Shown: positions 1 through 24,332 of the stretch, in pieces
Position numbering within the stretch: position 1 is the stretch's first letter
Layout: every line of letters begins with the position of its first letter
Source: Bugula neritina
Taxonomy: Eukaryota > Animalia > Bryozoa
Direction: 5' to 3'
DNA length: 64,000 nucleotides
NCBI GenBank assembly: GCA_964035545.1
Contig: OZ037771.1
Span: forward strand, 6,853,190 to 6,917,189
Translations under genes and position numbers: made by a program
Notes under the pieces: generated by a model
Seen by the model: the letters and a program-made list of their open reading frames with translations, nothing else
Databases searched by the model: none
What the model was told of the DNA's origin: nothing

Positions 1-257
1 TGAAAAGGAAGCATATCCAAAATAGTTATACTGCTATTATTTAATAAAGTTCAAAATGATTATAATATATAATATAGTTTTTAGACAAAATACAATAGGC
101 TATATACTCTATATAGCTCTATGAATTGCACATACAAGACTTTCTTTAGTTAATTTTTTTTACTAAAACTAAACTATTATAACATATATATGTAAAAATA
201 AAACCAGATATGTTAAGCAATACGATCTGTACAAAAACTTGAATATTCTACCTGTAG

Positions 258-3200
258 ACTAGCAATGACGTAAGGTTGTGGAGCTGGTTTGTGGGTGATG
301 TTGCCGTTGTAACTAGTTTTGTTTTTACCTTTTACTTCCGAGAGTGGAGAATCAAGCATGTAGCCGATAGGCATCAAGAGCCGACAGGATTTGCTAAAGG
401 TATTCACTGAGTGTACATACATTGTATATACATATGTATGTTTAATATGTTACTTACAGTTGATGTCCATGTATACACTATATAGGTTTTTCTTATCTGC
501 ATTGACTTGGTGCATATCTATAAACAATTATAAGAAATTTATGGACACTTTAAAGCGGCGTAAAGTGAAATGAGTATTTATGTTATACAATTGAGCTTCA
601 GCATATACATATATTTTTTAATTATATTAGAAATGGTAAATTACAACAAATTGCAACACCAAAATAAGTAGAAATGATAAAGCACCTATTTAAGTTATAC
701 TTTCAAAAGAAAACTCACGCAAGTTTATAGTCGCTATCCTTATGAGAAACCCCCCCCCCATGGAAGAGCTTTTTGTTAAATCAGGCTAAGGACTTATTAA
801 AATGAGGCACAGGAGCAATTATGACTGGATGCTCTTCCTAACATCACCAATGGTCTTTGTCTGGGCTCGAACCCATAACCCTTACTATGCAAACGCTTTA
901 ACCCCTAGACCACGGCTGCTCCCTTGAGTTATACTTTAAACCAACACTTTTATTAGTAGCACTGTTATTGTAATTCAACAGAACTTTGCTTGTGAACGGC
1001 TCAAGTATTCCAAACCTTTACCATTATTTTTGAAGTTTTCTTCGAATAACAATAATTCCTGAATTTCTTAAAGATGTTACCAGATCTTGGGCTAAGCACA
1101 TTACACAGGCATTTTATTTTATTGCATTAGTTTTTGCATGCTAAGAAAATATAATTTTCAATTACGAAGACCTTTTACCAACATTTTTAAGGAGTTCATT
1201 TAAGTGCAGATCGCCAGGAATTAGGTTACTTTTTCTCAGACAGTTAGCACTTTCCAGGTTTCATGACCAGGTTTTCCATAATGTAATGTGTAGGCATGCT
1301 TTCATAAGCTGATGACATTCTCTAGTTTACATCTCAACAGTAATTGGTTTATAACAATTGGTAATAACTCACAACTATTGTTTTAGGTCTGCCATTTGGC
1401 AGTATCAGTTGGCTGGTATACGCAATACTGCTGGGAGCCAGGGTGGCAGTTGTGTTCAAAAAGGATTTGCACAGTGGCCATGACATTGTAGATCTAAAGC
1501 TAACAATCAGGTGGGTTCAAGGTCACACTCCGCACAATGTAGTAGCTGCAGGCTGTACATATCTTAAACTCAGTCTAGCGCTTGGTTCAATTGAATGAAT
1601 ATTGTCAGATAAAAAGAGAAAATTTTTGATTTTTGTTGAATAAAGTTGAAACTGAAATACTCAAGATTGAGTCATCACGGAGTGTATATATCAACGATGA
1701 TTTGATTTTTATTGCTGGCATATAATAACATAATGTTATAGATATATTACACCACATGTAATAATACCTAGTTATATTCACATCACGTATAATAATATTA
1801 AGCTATATTATATTAGATATAGTTGTATGTTATCATAGACTTTCACTTTATGTTTAGAGCGACATGAAATTTTATGATGAGACTATCTTGTCGTGGCCAT
1901 GAGTTGCAGCTGTTTGTATTTTTTAAAGCTCAAAACCTCTATAGTTACTTGAGTTCTCTAACTTAAATTTATCCAGCTTTGAGTATGAAGGCATTTTTTC
2001 TCCTATTACAAAAGTATGGGCCATGGTGCTTTATTCTGACAAGGGAGGTAACTCTAGAACAGCTGCTGTACACATAACATTAAGTTATATTAATATAATA
2101 ATATATAAGTTAATATTAACTTGTCATAAACTATCCTATGACCACCACCCGATCAGGATATGGCGGAGAAAGGTGAGAAAATAAGCTACCCTATGAGATG
2201 AGGGTGGGCTACAGTAGAACCCTTGTCTTTAATATTCAAGTAACACAAATCAACTAACTTCTGTATACAAAATATTTGAGGAAAACTTGTACACATGACT
2301 GAACATTTAACAAACATATAAGCATTATACATGCAGCCATAATGCGGCTATTTACTAGAAGATATGAGTCAAAGTTAATGTACTGAATTTAACATGCGCA
2401 CTGAAAAATTCTACGTTTAGAAACCACAGCCGACCCAAACTTTGTAAACAGTTCCTCTCTATATTTAAATATAACACACAAATATACTGGTAGACCTAAA
2501 ACGAGGCTTGTACTGCAAGGGAGATAATATTACACTCATTACATAAATATGTTGTGTTGCGTGTTTGATGCACTTTGGGCCTATTATGATACAGTTAAAT
2601 GTATTGTGCATATATAGTAGGTGTTTACTGCTACAATATCTTTGGTGCCAGTACATGCCAAAAAATAATAAAAGTTCGTAGTAATAAAAGCATAGAATAA
2701 TAATTTATATGTAGTCTGTGGGCCACATGCATGTTTACTAAACATATAGTTTGAGTGCTAAAGCATGGAGGTGGGTGTACTCGATACCCCACCCTTAATT
2801 TGATCACTAAGTAGGAGCTACACATTGCTGTGAGCATGAGCTTATATTGATTGTAATTGCCAATCCCAATATCAAAAATATTCTCTCTTTCATCTATTTA
2901 GTTGGTTATACAATAAATTTGCATTCAGTAAAGCAAATAGATACTGGCAAACGTACAGTATCAATGCTGGATAGTGAGCATTTGTCTAAGAGAACTTGAG
3001 CAAATATTAGCTAGTAAATATTTGTTCAAAAGGTTGTAGATATTTTTTAACATTGACATATAACTCAAGAATAAAAAACTTTATATATATAATCAAAATA
3101 ATTCTTATATGTGATAAACTACTTTACTTAACAACTGCTCCTCCTTGTCACCAACTAGAACAGCCATGCAAATGCAGCTGATAGCAAGCACTTGCTAGAC

Positions 3201-5236
3201 TAGTCATCTAGTCACATCTCATCTATAGAACAATTCAGTTGCTCTATTCAGCTTCCGACAGTTTATTATGTATTGGCCTGTTTATGACAAATCTTCAACT
3301 GCTGAACTATAACTTTTCAGAATTTTTTCCCATTATAATGTTTGATACTTTCTGTATGTTTCACTATACTTGAGCAATATAACTGAGCCATGCTCTATTT
3401 GTCCTTTAATACAATCTAATTTGCAAATTTTATACATTAGTCAGCTTTAGAAGTTAGTTTATTTTATGAAAGGTGTAGTACCTTTTATCTAATATAATAT
3501 TGTAAATATTATTAGCAACTACAATACGTATATATTTCTATTTCGCATGACGTATTATAAGTGCCTTGAATTGTCAATTATAACATTTAACATTTCAATT
3601 TACAGTATAACGGCGATTATATCTGTCCTGTTCACTATTGGCCACCACCATCACCATGAGTCATTGGCAAGAAGGGCGGCCATCTTGGCTCTGGCTAAAA
3701 TGTTCACCATTGATATACTAGACACAGTAGATATACTAGATGTTTTGTTTAACACAGCTATAGATTATGCTTCTGTAAGTATACTGAGTAATTTGTAGAT
3801 AGGCTTATGTAAAATCTATTGTTCATAAAAACCTGAGTCTTCAATGTTTTATTTTTCCAACCTATAAAACCAAATTTGGCTGATGATGCATGGCCAGACC
3901 ATGTCAAAATATCTATTGGTTGAGACTTCTGCTATGATCAAACAAAAGCAAACCTACGTAGCATGAGTACATAAGCTTTTAAAACTTTAGTAACTTAAAA
4001 GTTGAGCTAATTGGAAATTAGAGTTTCATACTAATTTGACCAGAGGTTTGAACAAGTGTATTGTCTATTAATGTTGCTTAAGCAATATTTGTTCTAAAAT
4101 AAGTGATTTTAGTAAAAACACTATTTAGTTGTGAAAAAATCTTGAGCTCTTTCACAGCAATGGTCAGTTATAGGTGCTGTTATGTAATTAGTATGTTGGT
4201 GTTCTGCAGGAGTTTCCAGTGTCTCTTGAGGACTTTGTGCTGGCAGTTGTTACACTGAACCTTATTCGTCCAACCATTGTTCTCCTGAGCCTGTTTGTTG
4301 ACCACTATGCACACACCAGGGGGAGCAAGCAGATGAAGATGGCAAAGGCCTTTGCTGGTGAGAGAACATTTATAGACTGAACATATTATAAATTTATATA
4401 GTCTGCCTTCAACATTGCTCACATAATATATGCATTACAAGGTGATACCTATTTAATCATAATTTTCAAAAGCTTTCTAAATTAGTCAACCTGAGGCCAA
4501 AAGTTAGACCTTTTATATAAATTCAAAAATGTGGTCTTAATTTGACCATATTCTAGATCCCAAGTGCCTTTCTCCATAGCAAAGTTGTTTCCTATGCATT
4601 TAGCACTCATTCTAGTGATGATTATCGTTGACTGAACGATTCAAAAGTTTTGTTATTTTCTTGTCTAAACATTTTTATAACAATTATATTTTAGCTTTAG
4701 GAACTTGTGGCAATATTATTGTGATAGGTTATTTGTAACTGCATCAAGTAGTGTGCTGAAAACGAAAGTTTCCAAAATAAAAGTGCTAGCTCTTTTTTCT
4801 TGGTGTTGGCAGTGATACCCCCTTCGCATCAATTTGCTACACAACGCATGGCAATTATTTATTAGCCCAAAGCAGGAATATACTGACTGCAGGTAATAAC
4901 TTGTTCATATTTGTAGAGCTGTGTCTGCTAAACATACCGCTGCTGTGTATCAGAGTCTATATATCAATCAAATACAATGATCAGATCTCAGTGTTCCTAG
5001 TCAAGAACGTTCTCTCAATCATGTACGCCATAGTAGAGATCTATGACTGTATATTTGATCTCTCCGAGCTAGAGCAAACTGACAAGGCCGAAGCTGATTT
5101 TGTCAATGTCGAGAAAGCGTACACTAATAAAGCATGTGAGCCGGATGACCCGATTAAGCAAGAAACAAATAAGAAAAATGGCGTCACTTCAACACCTGTT
5201 TCCCTTAAACCAAGTAGTAAAGAAGTTTCTTTTTAA
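258..5236 (+). CDS. TMEM121/CECR6-family multi-pass membrane protein, 5'-truncated by the window edge
   Basis: Phase-consistent GT-AG exons 258-399, 1387-1510, 3606-3774, 4210-4357, 4893-5236 (TAA). Spliced product includes WSWFVGDVAVV, GLPFGSISWLVYAILLG, LKLTISITAII, DILDTVDILDVLF, LEDFVLAVVTLNLIRPT and LNIPLLCIRVYISIKYNDQISVFLVKNVL, matching CECR6/TMEM121 motifs as remembered. Confidence 0.8.
704..923 (-). mobile_element. tRNA-derived SINE, full-length copy with probable TSD
   Basis: Minus strand reads GGGAGCAGCCGTGGTCTAGGGG (A box)...GGTTCGAGCCC (B box)...TGGTGATGTTAGGAAGAGCATCCAGTCATAATTGCT. Flanked by near-identical 14-mers TTAAGTTATACTTT (690-703) and TTGAGTTATACTTT (924-937). Related copies occur elsewhere in the window. 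Confidence 0.85.
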
Positions 5237-7676
5237 AGTCAACTCAAAGTGACTTTACTTCAATCGAAAATCTCTCAAGAGCTTGTCTAAAGAATAAATG
5301 CATTGTTTCTTGCTTATATATATGGTAGGCATGCTTAACTTTGTCCTGGGATCTAGACTTTACAGTATATAGACCTACCTTGCAGGGTACATGCACTGTA
5401 GTGAATATACCTTTACTGTGATGATTGTACCTTGAATTTCAAGAGCAAGTATCTAAATAATGAAACGGTACCTACTATAACAGTAGACATCAAGGAAGAA
5501 ATGTTGCTTAGTGACACACAGCTTAAAAATACTGAAATTTATACAAATTTGTTAAAGAGGAAAAGAAGACCTTTTTACTGCATAGATTATCAATTTGAAG
5601 CATTATTTTATAACCTCAAAATATTTTTATACATGGAATAGCTTCTGTGTAATTAACTTTCAACTTATTTTTATGTGTAGTTTTAATTTATTAGAAAGCA
5701 TATTTCTTTATCATGGTCATTGAGCTAAAAAGTGCATTATATAATAATAATTATATTATCGTTATATAATAGTCATCATAGTACTTTTATTACTGGCAGC
5801 GTAAGCTCATTACCCAGTAGTGCATTCCACCTGATCCTTATGACAACTAATTGCATTTTTTGCTGTCCTCCACTTTTTCTGCCACTTTTCAGGTAAACAC
5901 CCCTTTTAGTGATCCTCTTGTAATGTTTTAGTAGCTACAAGTGTACAAACAGCTTGCGTTAGCATAGCTAAAACTGGCTTCATCAGTTTTCATTTAAGTG
6001 CAGTAACCTAGAAATTGCAGTGTAACCTAAGTTCTTCAACTTTCTAATTTCCTCATTACTTTTAGTGACTAATCTGAACCATTACTTTTTGTTAAAACTT
6101 AATGCGTTTTTATATAATGTTACAATTTCTTATTAAAAATAAATATAATTTTTGCATGAACATAAAACAGAATCAATGAAACCAGAAACCCAGAAAATGG
6201 ATGCTTGTTACAAATGAATCATGATGACTTGTGTAACTTTTTGCTACCCATTCTTTGCATACATATTCCTACATGAGAAAGACAACAGTAGTAGTCTGAA
6301 GGGATAATCAAATCAGGAAGTTTTCATGACAAGCACACATGGCTTTTAGATATTGCAGAGTTATTCAACACAAATATTTTTGCTGGCGAAAGTTTTGGAC
6401 TAAAATAACATTGTGTGCTGATATCAACAAAATTATGAAGTTAACAGAGATTTTTGTAAAGAGATTCAAATGCGTGCAATTACATAATTTTAAAAAGGAT
6501 TATAATCAAATCAGATTGCTTTGATCAACATATTTTGTTATGGGTTATGGATACGACATGCTTACATTAAAAACAATGAGAGAAAGAAAATGCCATTCAT
6601 TACAAAAATAACATACATTGCAACAGATCTTAAAGCAGCACATTAGGCGCTAGTCAAGATTACAGACTACTATACATTTTAGTGCTAAAAATTACTCTTG
6701 CTAAATATGTTTGTGTGTGAATAGCTATAGTCTAGACAACTATAAAAACTCACTTCAACAAAAAAGGAATATGTGCTTTTTTATTTCTGTCGGTAAAATC
6801 ACAGTTAGTTTAAATTGATGTTCAACACATATATTATATACAAAATATATGTTATAATTATAATGTATAATACATATATTATAGTCTATATATTATACTT
6901 GTTATAGAATAATGTACACTATTTGCTTGCATGTTAATCTACGTCACACTCGTAATGCTATCTGATATAAAAACACTGCACAATGTTACATCATGCTTTT
7001 TGCTCAAAGCTTATGATACATCTAATATCCCAGTCAGTCACGTCAGCTGTTCAAGTTATGGAATATCTTAGTTGTTCTATTGTTTACACAACCCTTCCAT
7101 GCTCTCCCATTGTTTATTGTCTTGGCTGGCAAGATAGATTTATATCCGCTTGTCTTTTGGTGACCTAGTCTTTGTACAAGGACAAAGAAAGCCATTATTA
7201 CAATACATCAGTTGGCTAGAGCATGCAAAACTAACGCTGAATTATATGAATATCACCATTAACAATCTGAATTTAGTGTATATATACTGCCAATACCTCT
7301 ACAGCAGTTAGAACAGTGGTTTGACATCTTTATTTGCCGGTACACTTAAGAGACTAGCTAGTCTACTTTGCTACTTTTCATGATATGCATGTTCCCTATA
7401 GCAACACATTGGTACCACACATCTTGGAGCTTTTATCAAAATAATATGTTATATATTTTATCTCAAAAAAATAGCAAAGCACAACACTGTATGAAAACAA
7501 AATATAGAGGTTTTTAATCAAGCAAATGGCAAAAAACACTTATAATTTTATAAGTAGATTATCTAACTTAACTATACGTATGACAACATAACGTTTCATA
7601 TGTTATTGAAAGCAAAAAAATAACATATGTTTTAACAAATCCTGGATTGTGTGAGCATTTTGATGCTAGTACAGCT

Positions 7677-10378
7677 CTAGTCTTGCTGTAGCTTTTTTGG
7701 GTAGACAGCGAGATGTTTGTGTTGAGAGCAGGCAATACCGGCAGCCACCCTCTGGTCTTTCATCGTAGGCATCAAAGGTAGCAAGTAAGGCAGGCTAGAT
7801 TTGTCATTCAATATCTCCTGAAAATACAAGTTTATAGACTTCATTTTTAACTAACATTTTTCAGTGTTCTGATCTCTATAGAGTAGAGGTCCAAGTGTTA
7901 ATTTTTCCACCGAATTACAGAAATAAGGCACTTGGAACTTTGTTGTTCTTCTAGTATTGCTGCTTTTGCTGCCAGTTGTAATCTAATAACTTTAAATACA
8001 TTTGTCTGGATAGACAGGGTACAAAATATAACTAGTCGGTGGCCATACTCACCCAGCTGCCCCCTTTACCATGGATCCACTCGTGTACTCCATTCACACT
8101 GAAGTATTCATCTGTCCACCGGACAATCTTACTTAGCGTTTCAATGTGATAGCACAGGGCAAGAGGCTTAGCAGCTACCAGTATGGCATAAGAAAGAGCT
8201 TGGATGTAGGCAACCATCTGCAAGATTTTTTAATTTAGTTTCATGGGCATGATAATGTAACTTCATGATAGTGTAGGGTTATCAGAATGAACAAACTGGT
8301 AAAAACTTTACTACGAGGTTTTAGAATATAATTTAAAAAACAAGTAAAAAAGTTAGACGAAAAAGTTTTTTTGCCTCCATTGGGATTTGAACCACAAATC
8401 TCATGCTTGCAAGCAGGTACACTAGCCATTACACCACCAGGGTAAACTTATCACTGGTGGCTGTTTTTGAGAAGCCCCTTAACTTACTAGCAGAACCTTT
8501 GGCCAGGAGAGCTCATCTACCCCATGGATGCCATTGAGAGTTCTATAGAGAGATCTGGCTGAAGCTCTGGTGCTGTAGATGTTGTCCACTAGGTGCCTCG
8601 TCACGACTCGCATGTAGTTGGACTTGAATATCTCAAGATGGTCACTCGAAACTATGTAAGCAGAAGATATACATTATATCACATCTATATAAATGGAACC
8701 GTATAGGGAGCAGCTGTGGTTCAGGGGTTGAAGCATTTGCTTTGTGCATAGGAAATCATGGGTTCAAACTCTGACAAAGGCCTTTGGTGATGTTAGGAAG
8801 AGCATCCAGTCATAATTGCTTTTGTTCCTCATCTAAACAAGTACTTAGCCTGTTCTAACAAAAATTCTTTCCATCAGAGGTTTCTCACAGGGATAGCAAC
8901 TATAAACTTTCGTGAGTGAGTTGTAAATAGAATTATGACATAATATTTGATTAGATATAAATGTTTCTAACATATAGTATGCACTTAGATTTGCTTATCA
9001 CAAAAGCATTTACAGCACATGCTTACACTCACATTGAGAAAATGCTTTTGAAACCAATATTTTATCAGTTTGATGTACTTAATTAATTTTGATGAGATGT
9101 TTCTAACTTCTATTTTAACTTTTTATCATCAACAAATTATGCAAGGCTAAAATTAGTTCAGATAAAACAAAGCATATATTATGCATGGCTTTTCAGTGCT
9201 AGTTTTTTAATTAGCATTATTACTAAAGCAATGTAGTGACCATTTAAGTTTTTTCCTCCTAGGAATTGTCGAGAAGGCAAAAACTGAAGCAACTAAAATA
9301 ATATAGTCACGATTTATGCATTGCTAAGCAGTTTACATACCCCAAATCAGTAATGTTTATTTTATCATATCACTACAAAACAAACTACTAGCTAGTGATT
9401 AGCAAATTGTAAGAAGTTCGATTATTTAGAAACAAAAAGTACTAATCATAGTAACAGACATGTTTAAACTACATTCATACATCAGTATTATATATCAACT
9501 CACTCCATTTATTTGGAATATAACAATGTGTGTGATAACACCTCACCATTATACATACTATACTGGATTGATAGTTGCTTACAAATTAGTTCCATAGCAT
9601 CTATGAGAGAGTTGGTCACTCCAAGAAGTCTGCCTTTCACATTCTCTCCCAGCTTTCTGCTGTCCAAAAATCTGTTAAGACTACGGCACGCTTCTTCTCT
9701 TATTGGTTGAGTGATAGTCAGCAAAGAACTGTCAAAACTGGTGAAAATATTGTTGAAATCAGATGTGTGTGTATCAGTAATGGAATTAAATTATATATAA
9801 AAAAATAAGTGTGATTGGCAATGAACAGCAAACTATACAGTAGAACCAAATGCTATTAAACAATATCACAACAGATAAAGTTAGGAATGACCTACTTGAC
9901 TTTGCACATCATGTTTTATGAGTCAAACGCTTATGCTGTTTGAGTTAATTATTATATTTTTTTATGTTATGTTATATGCAATTAATAGGTATACATACGT
10001 GTGTTTCACCAACTCTGCTATCACTATCATAAACCCATTCACTTCATCAATGTCTAAATCTACTGGAGTTTTCTTCCCATTGTCATCCAAGTCCATAGAT
10101 TCATCAGTTAGCAACAGACTGCCAGTGCTCGTGAAGCTGGTATCCCAGTCATCTATTCTATTCCATCTACTTGCAGTAACTTTAGACTCGTCAGATGAAG
10201 AGCTCAGTGTGGGACTTCCTGTAGCCTCAGTTCTATATCTAGTGAATGAGCTGCTAGAGACCGGTTCATTTGTTTGATTCACCTCCTCCATCCTTGCTGA
10301 GTTTGGTACAACAGAACTGAGAGACTCGTCACTGCAGCTGAAGAATGCATCTGATGCTTGGTCAAAGTTGCTATCCAT
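7677..10378 (-). CDS. Divergent Bcl-2-family protein (about 346 aa)
   Basis: Phase-consistent exons 10378-9999, 9737-9547, 8651-8488, 8217-8053, 7817-7677 (1041 nt). BH1-like GIHGVDELSWPKVLLMVAYIQAL; BH2-like VHEWIHGKGGSW followed by a phase-0 intron, the conserved Bcl-2-family intron position; Ser/Asp-rich N-terminus. The terminal exon choice is less certain. Confidence 0.68.
8372..8443 (-). pseudogene. Decayed tRNA-like sequence (tRNA pseudogene or SINE head, possibly Ala-derived)
   Basis: 72 nt with A box TGGTGTAATGG and B box GGTTCAAATCC, followed by A and T runs. The acceptor stem does not pair and the anticodon loop (TTGCAA) looks one base short. Lies in an intron of the Bcl-2-like gene. 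Confidence 0.55.
8706..8920 (+). mobile_element. tRNA-derived SINE copy (same family as 704-923)
   Basis: GGGAGCAGCTGTGGTTCAGGGG...GGGTTCAAACTC...TGGTGATGTTAGGAAGAGCATCCAGTCATAATTGCT...GGATAGCAACTATAAACTTTCGTGAG, colinear with the reverse complement of 704-923. Confidence 0.85.
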
Positions 10379-12093
10379 CTGTAACATGCCACTTCAACAA
10401 TAACCATAATGTATGCATTACAGTTATTCATATGCAAGAGACCAAAAGCGTATGAGGGGGACACAACTGTCATTCTTCCAATTATTACACTTACCTTCAA
10501 AATAATTTGTGCTTACATAACAATAAATGACAAACTATAACTATTAGCAGTTATTTGTAAAAAAGGAAATTTTGCAGAAAAAAATTAGTTTGGTTGGAAC
10601 AAAATTTAGAGTTGTCTTCTTTGTCCAAGGTAAAAGTAAAATTAATATTGCTCTTGTACAGGTTTGATGTTGATAAGTTACTCCGTGACATGTATATACA
10701 GTGTATCTGTATGATATGTACAGGCAACATATATGTCCATGATGCAGTTTATTTACAAAAGCTGACATAAACCAAAAATCGATTTGCATTGTAATTCAAT
10801 ATATAAGAAAGAATTTAATTTGAGCCAGTTTTTGAATTTGGACGCTTCTTTATATAATATTAGGACTATTTTAACTTAACAATAATCCTATGGAATATAT
10901 AAAATTTTTATTCACATCAGCAAAAAATTAAATTCAGAGTGAATTTCAAATTTGGAAGGCAAATGTTTATCCTTAGGCTTAAGCAGTTATTTGCATTGCT
11001 GACATGGGACAAGCAGTAACAGGTGTAACAAGCTATAGTTGAGTGATGAGTCACAGGCACTACATGGCACTTTGACAAGCAGCCACAAAACCCCAGGTAT
11101 TAGCTGTTAGATATTAGTAGGTAATAGTAGTTGGTTTTTCCAAAAATTGTAGCCATTACTTTGACTATATAGGTTTATATAGGTTTAATAATATGTAACA
11201 CAAGCTAGAATACATCTCATGCTTACAGAGAATAATTTTGACTATCAGTTCGAAAAACCTCAAGAATAATTCTGGCCATAATTGATTTTAAAAAAAACTG
11301 TGAGCTAGTTGTAAACTTTTCAGTTTTATTACAATTAACAAGTGAATGTTCAAAAATTTTTACCAAATTTTTTTTATAAATATGATCAATGTCAGTATTT
11401 TTAAAGTCCTTGTTATTGAAAAGGTTACAATTTTAATTACTTACATTAGCTCTCACTTTGCAGACTTTAAACTCTTACACTCACTAAGCAAATGAGAAAG
11501 AGTAAGGGATAGCCAGTTTATATACCAGAGCCCAGCTACTTAGTTTGAGTAGCTGCATATAGCTACTTGGCTGTAGCAGCTACTGACAATAGCATAACAT
11601 AGATGGTTCTGGAGGGACTTGCTGAATTCTTTTGAATTGGCTCACAGCTTTTCAAATTGAATGTTTTCGAAAAGAGTGAATCTGCTTCTCAGCTTAGCCA
11701 ATTCATAATGCAGACTAGCTGTAAATAGTATATTCATTGTATAAGCTGTGCATTTTATATCATATTGTATTTAGCATAAGCTTTAAATATTACATCATAG
11801 AACTGTAATTGTTGAATAAAACTTGCAATACCTCGCCTGAATTTAAAATGGCAACTTTGTACGATTGCATTCTGACTACCATTTACTGTGTAGGAGTTAA
11901 GCCCTCTTGTCTACTTTTATCTCTCATCTTATTATAGTCTGTTGATGACAATATTGTTATTTTAATCAGTGGTGACTCATCATCTTATTATTTAGTGTTG
12001 TTATAGGTTGGTGTACAGGAGTGTGTAATAACAGCTGGTTGCATGAATTGTGGAAGCTTAGCTTTTAAACAGCTCTTTGACAGGAGCAGACAA

Positions 12094-12395
<302 letters not shown>

Positions 12396-13291
12396 TTATC
12401 TATTTATCTACAATTGTCGAGTCTTTCGTCATTAAAATCATTAACCAACTAACTCACTGCATTTTCCATATTGATGGTTTCAAAATATCAGCAAATGGCC
12501 CTTTACGTAATCCTTTAAACATAAATCAATAATATCTTGGAAAACCAAGTTACCCAGTATCTTTAAAACTAGTTTTCTTATAGTACTCAGACTAAATGGG
12601 AATCATAATACAAATATTACCACACCCTTATGAGTAATGCTATCTTATTGAAAGGGTTTGTTTAAAAAGAATGCTTAATTATATAAATTAAAAAGTGAAA
12701 AACAAAAAGCAACACAATATGATTTTAGTTCCATTATATTTTATACTCATAAAGAGGTAAAACACAGATATAATGATTTTTTACTAAAACCATCAATGAA
12801 AGCTGATTCACCGTTGAAAATGAGAAATATTTCTCAATACTTGCAAAAAAAGTTATGATTGACTGTTACAGAAAAAATGGTAAGCTAAAACATAAATTGC
12901 AACTCAAAATGCCACATATTGAAATTAAAATAAGCCACAGAAAGTAGTATTATAATTTTATAATCCCAATGTACACAATAATATAGTAACCACTTTTTGC
13001 AAGTATTTGTTACAACATTCAGAATAAATATAAATACTGTACTACAATAACTTATATTCAGGAACTTCATAAATCTTTCAAATTAAATGCACAGTTTTAC
13101 AATGTTTTTCAATGTGTCACAGAATATTCATGTGTAATGATAGTGTGAACAAAGCTTTAATATGATTATAGTGTACATATTAGATATTAACGCAAAATCT
13201 CACAGTATGGGCGAGACTTTAGTGCAAAACCTCGAAGTGTAGATGAGGTTTTAATACAACTGCAGATGCACTAAAGCTTTAGTCTACAGCA

Positions 13292-24332
<11,041 letters not shown>

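Noticed and set aside
8372-8443. Functional tRNA gene
   Set aside because: Acceptor stem does not pair and the anticodon loop is irregular; kept only as a pseudogene or SINE head.
11444-11718. Exon-like block upstream of the Bcl-2-like gene as a coding exon
   Set aside because: In-frame stops; at most a 5' UTR exon, and unverified.
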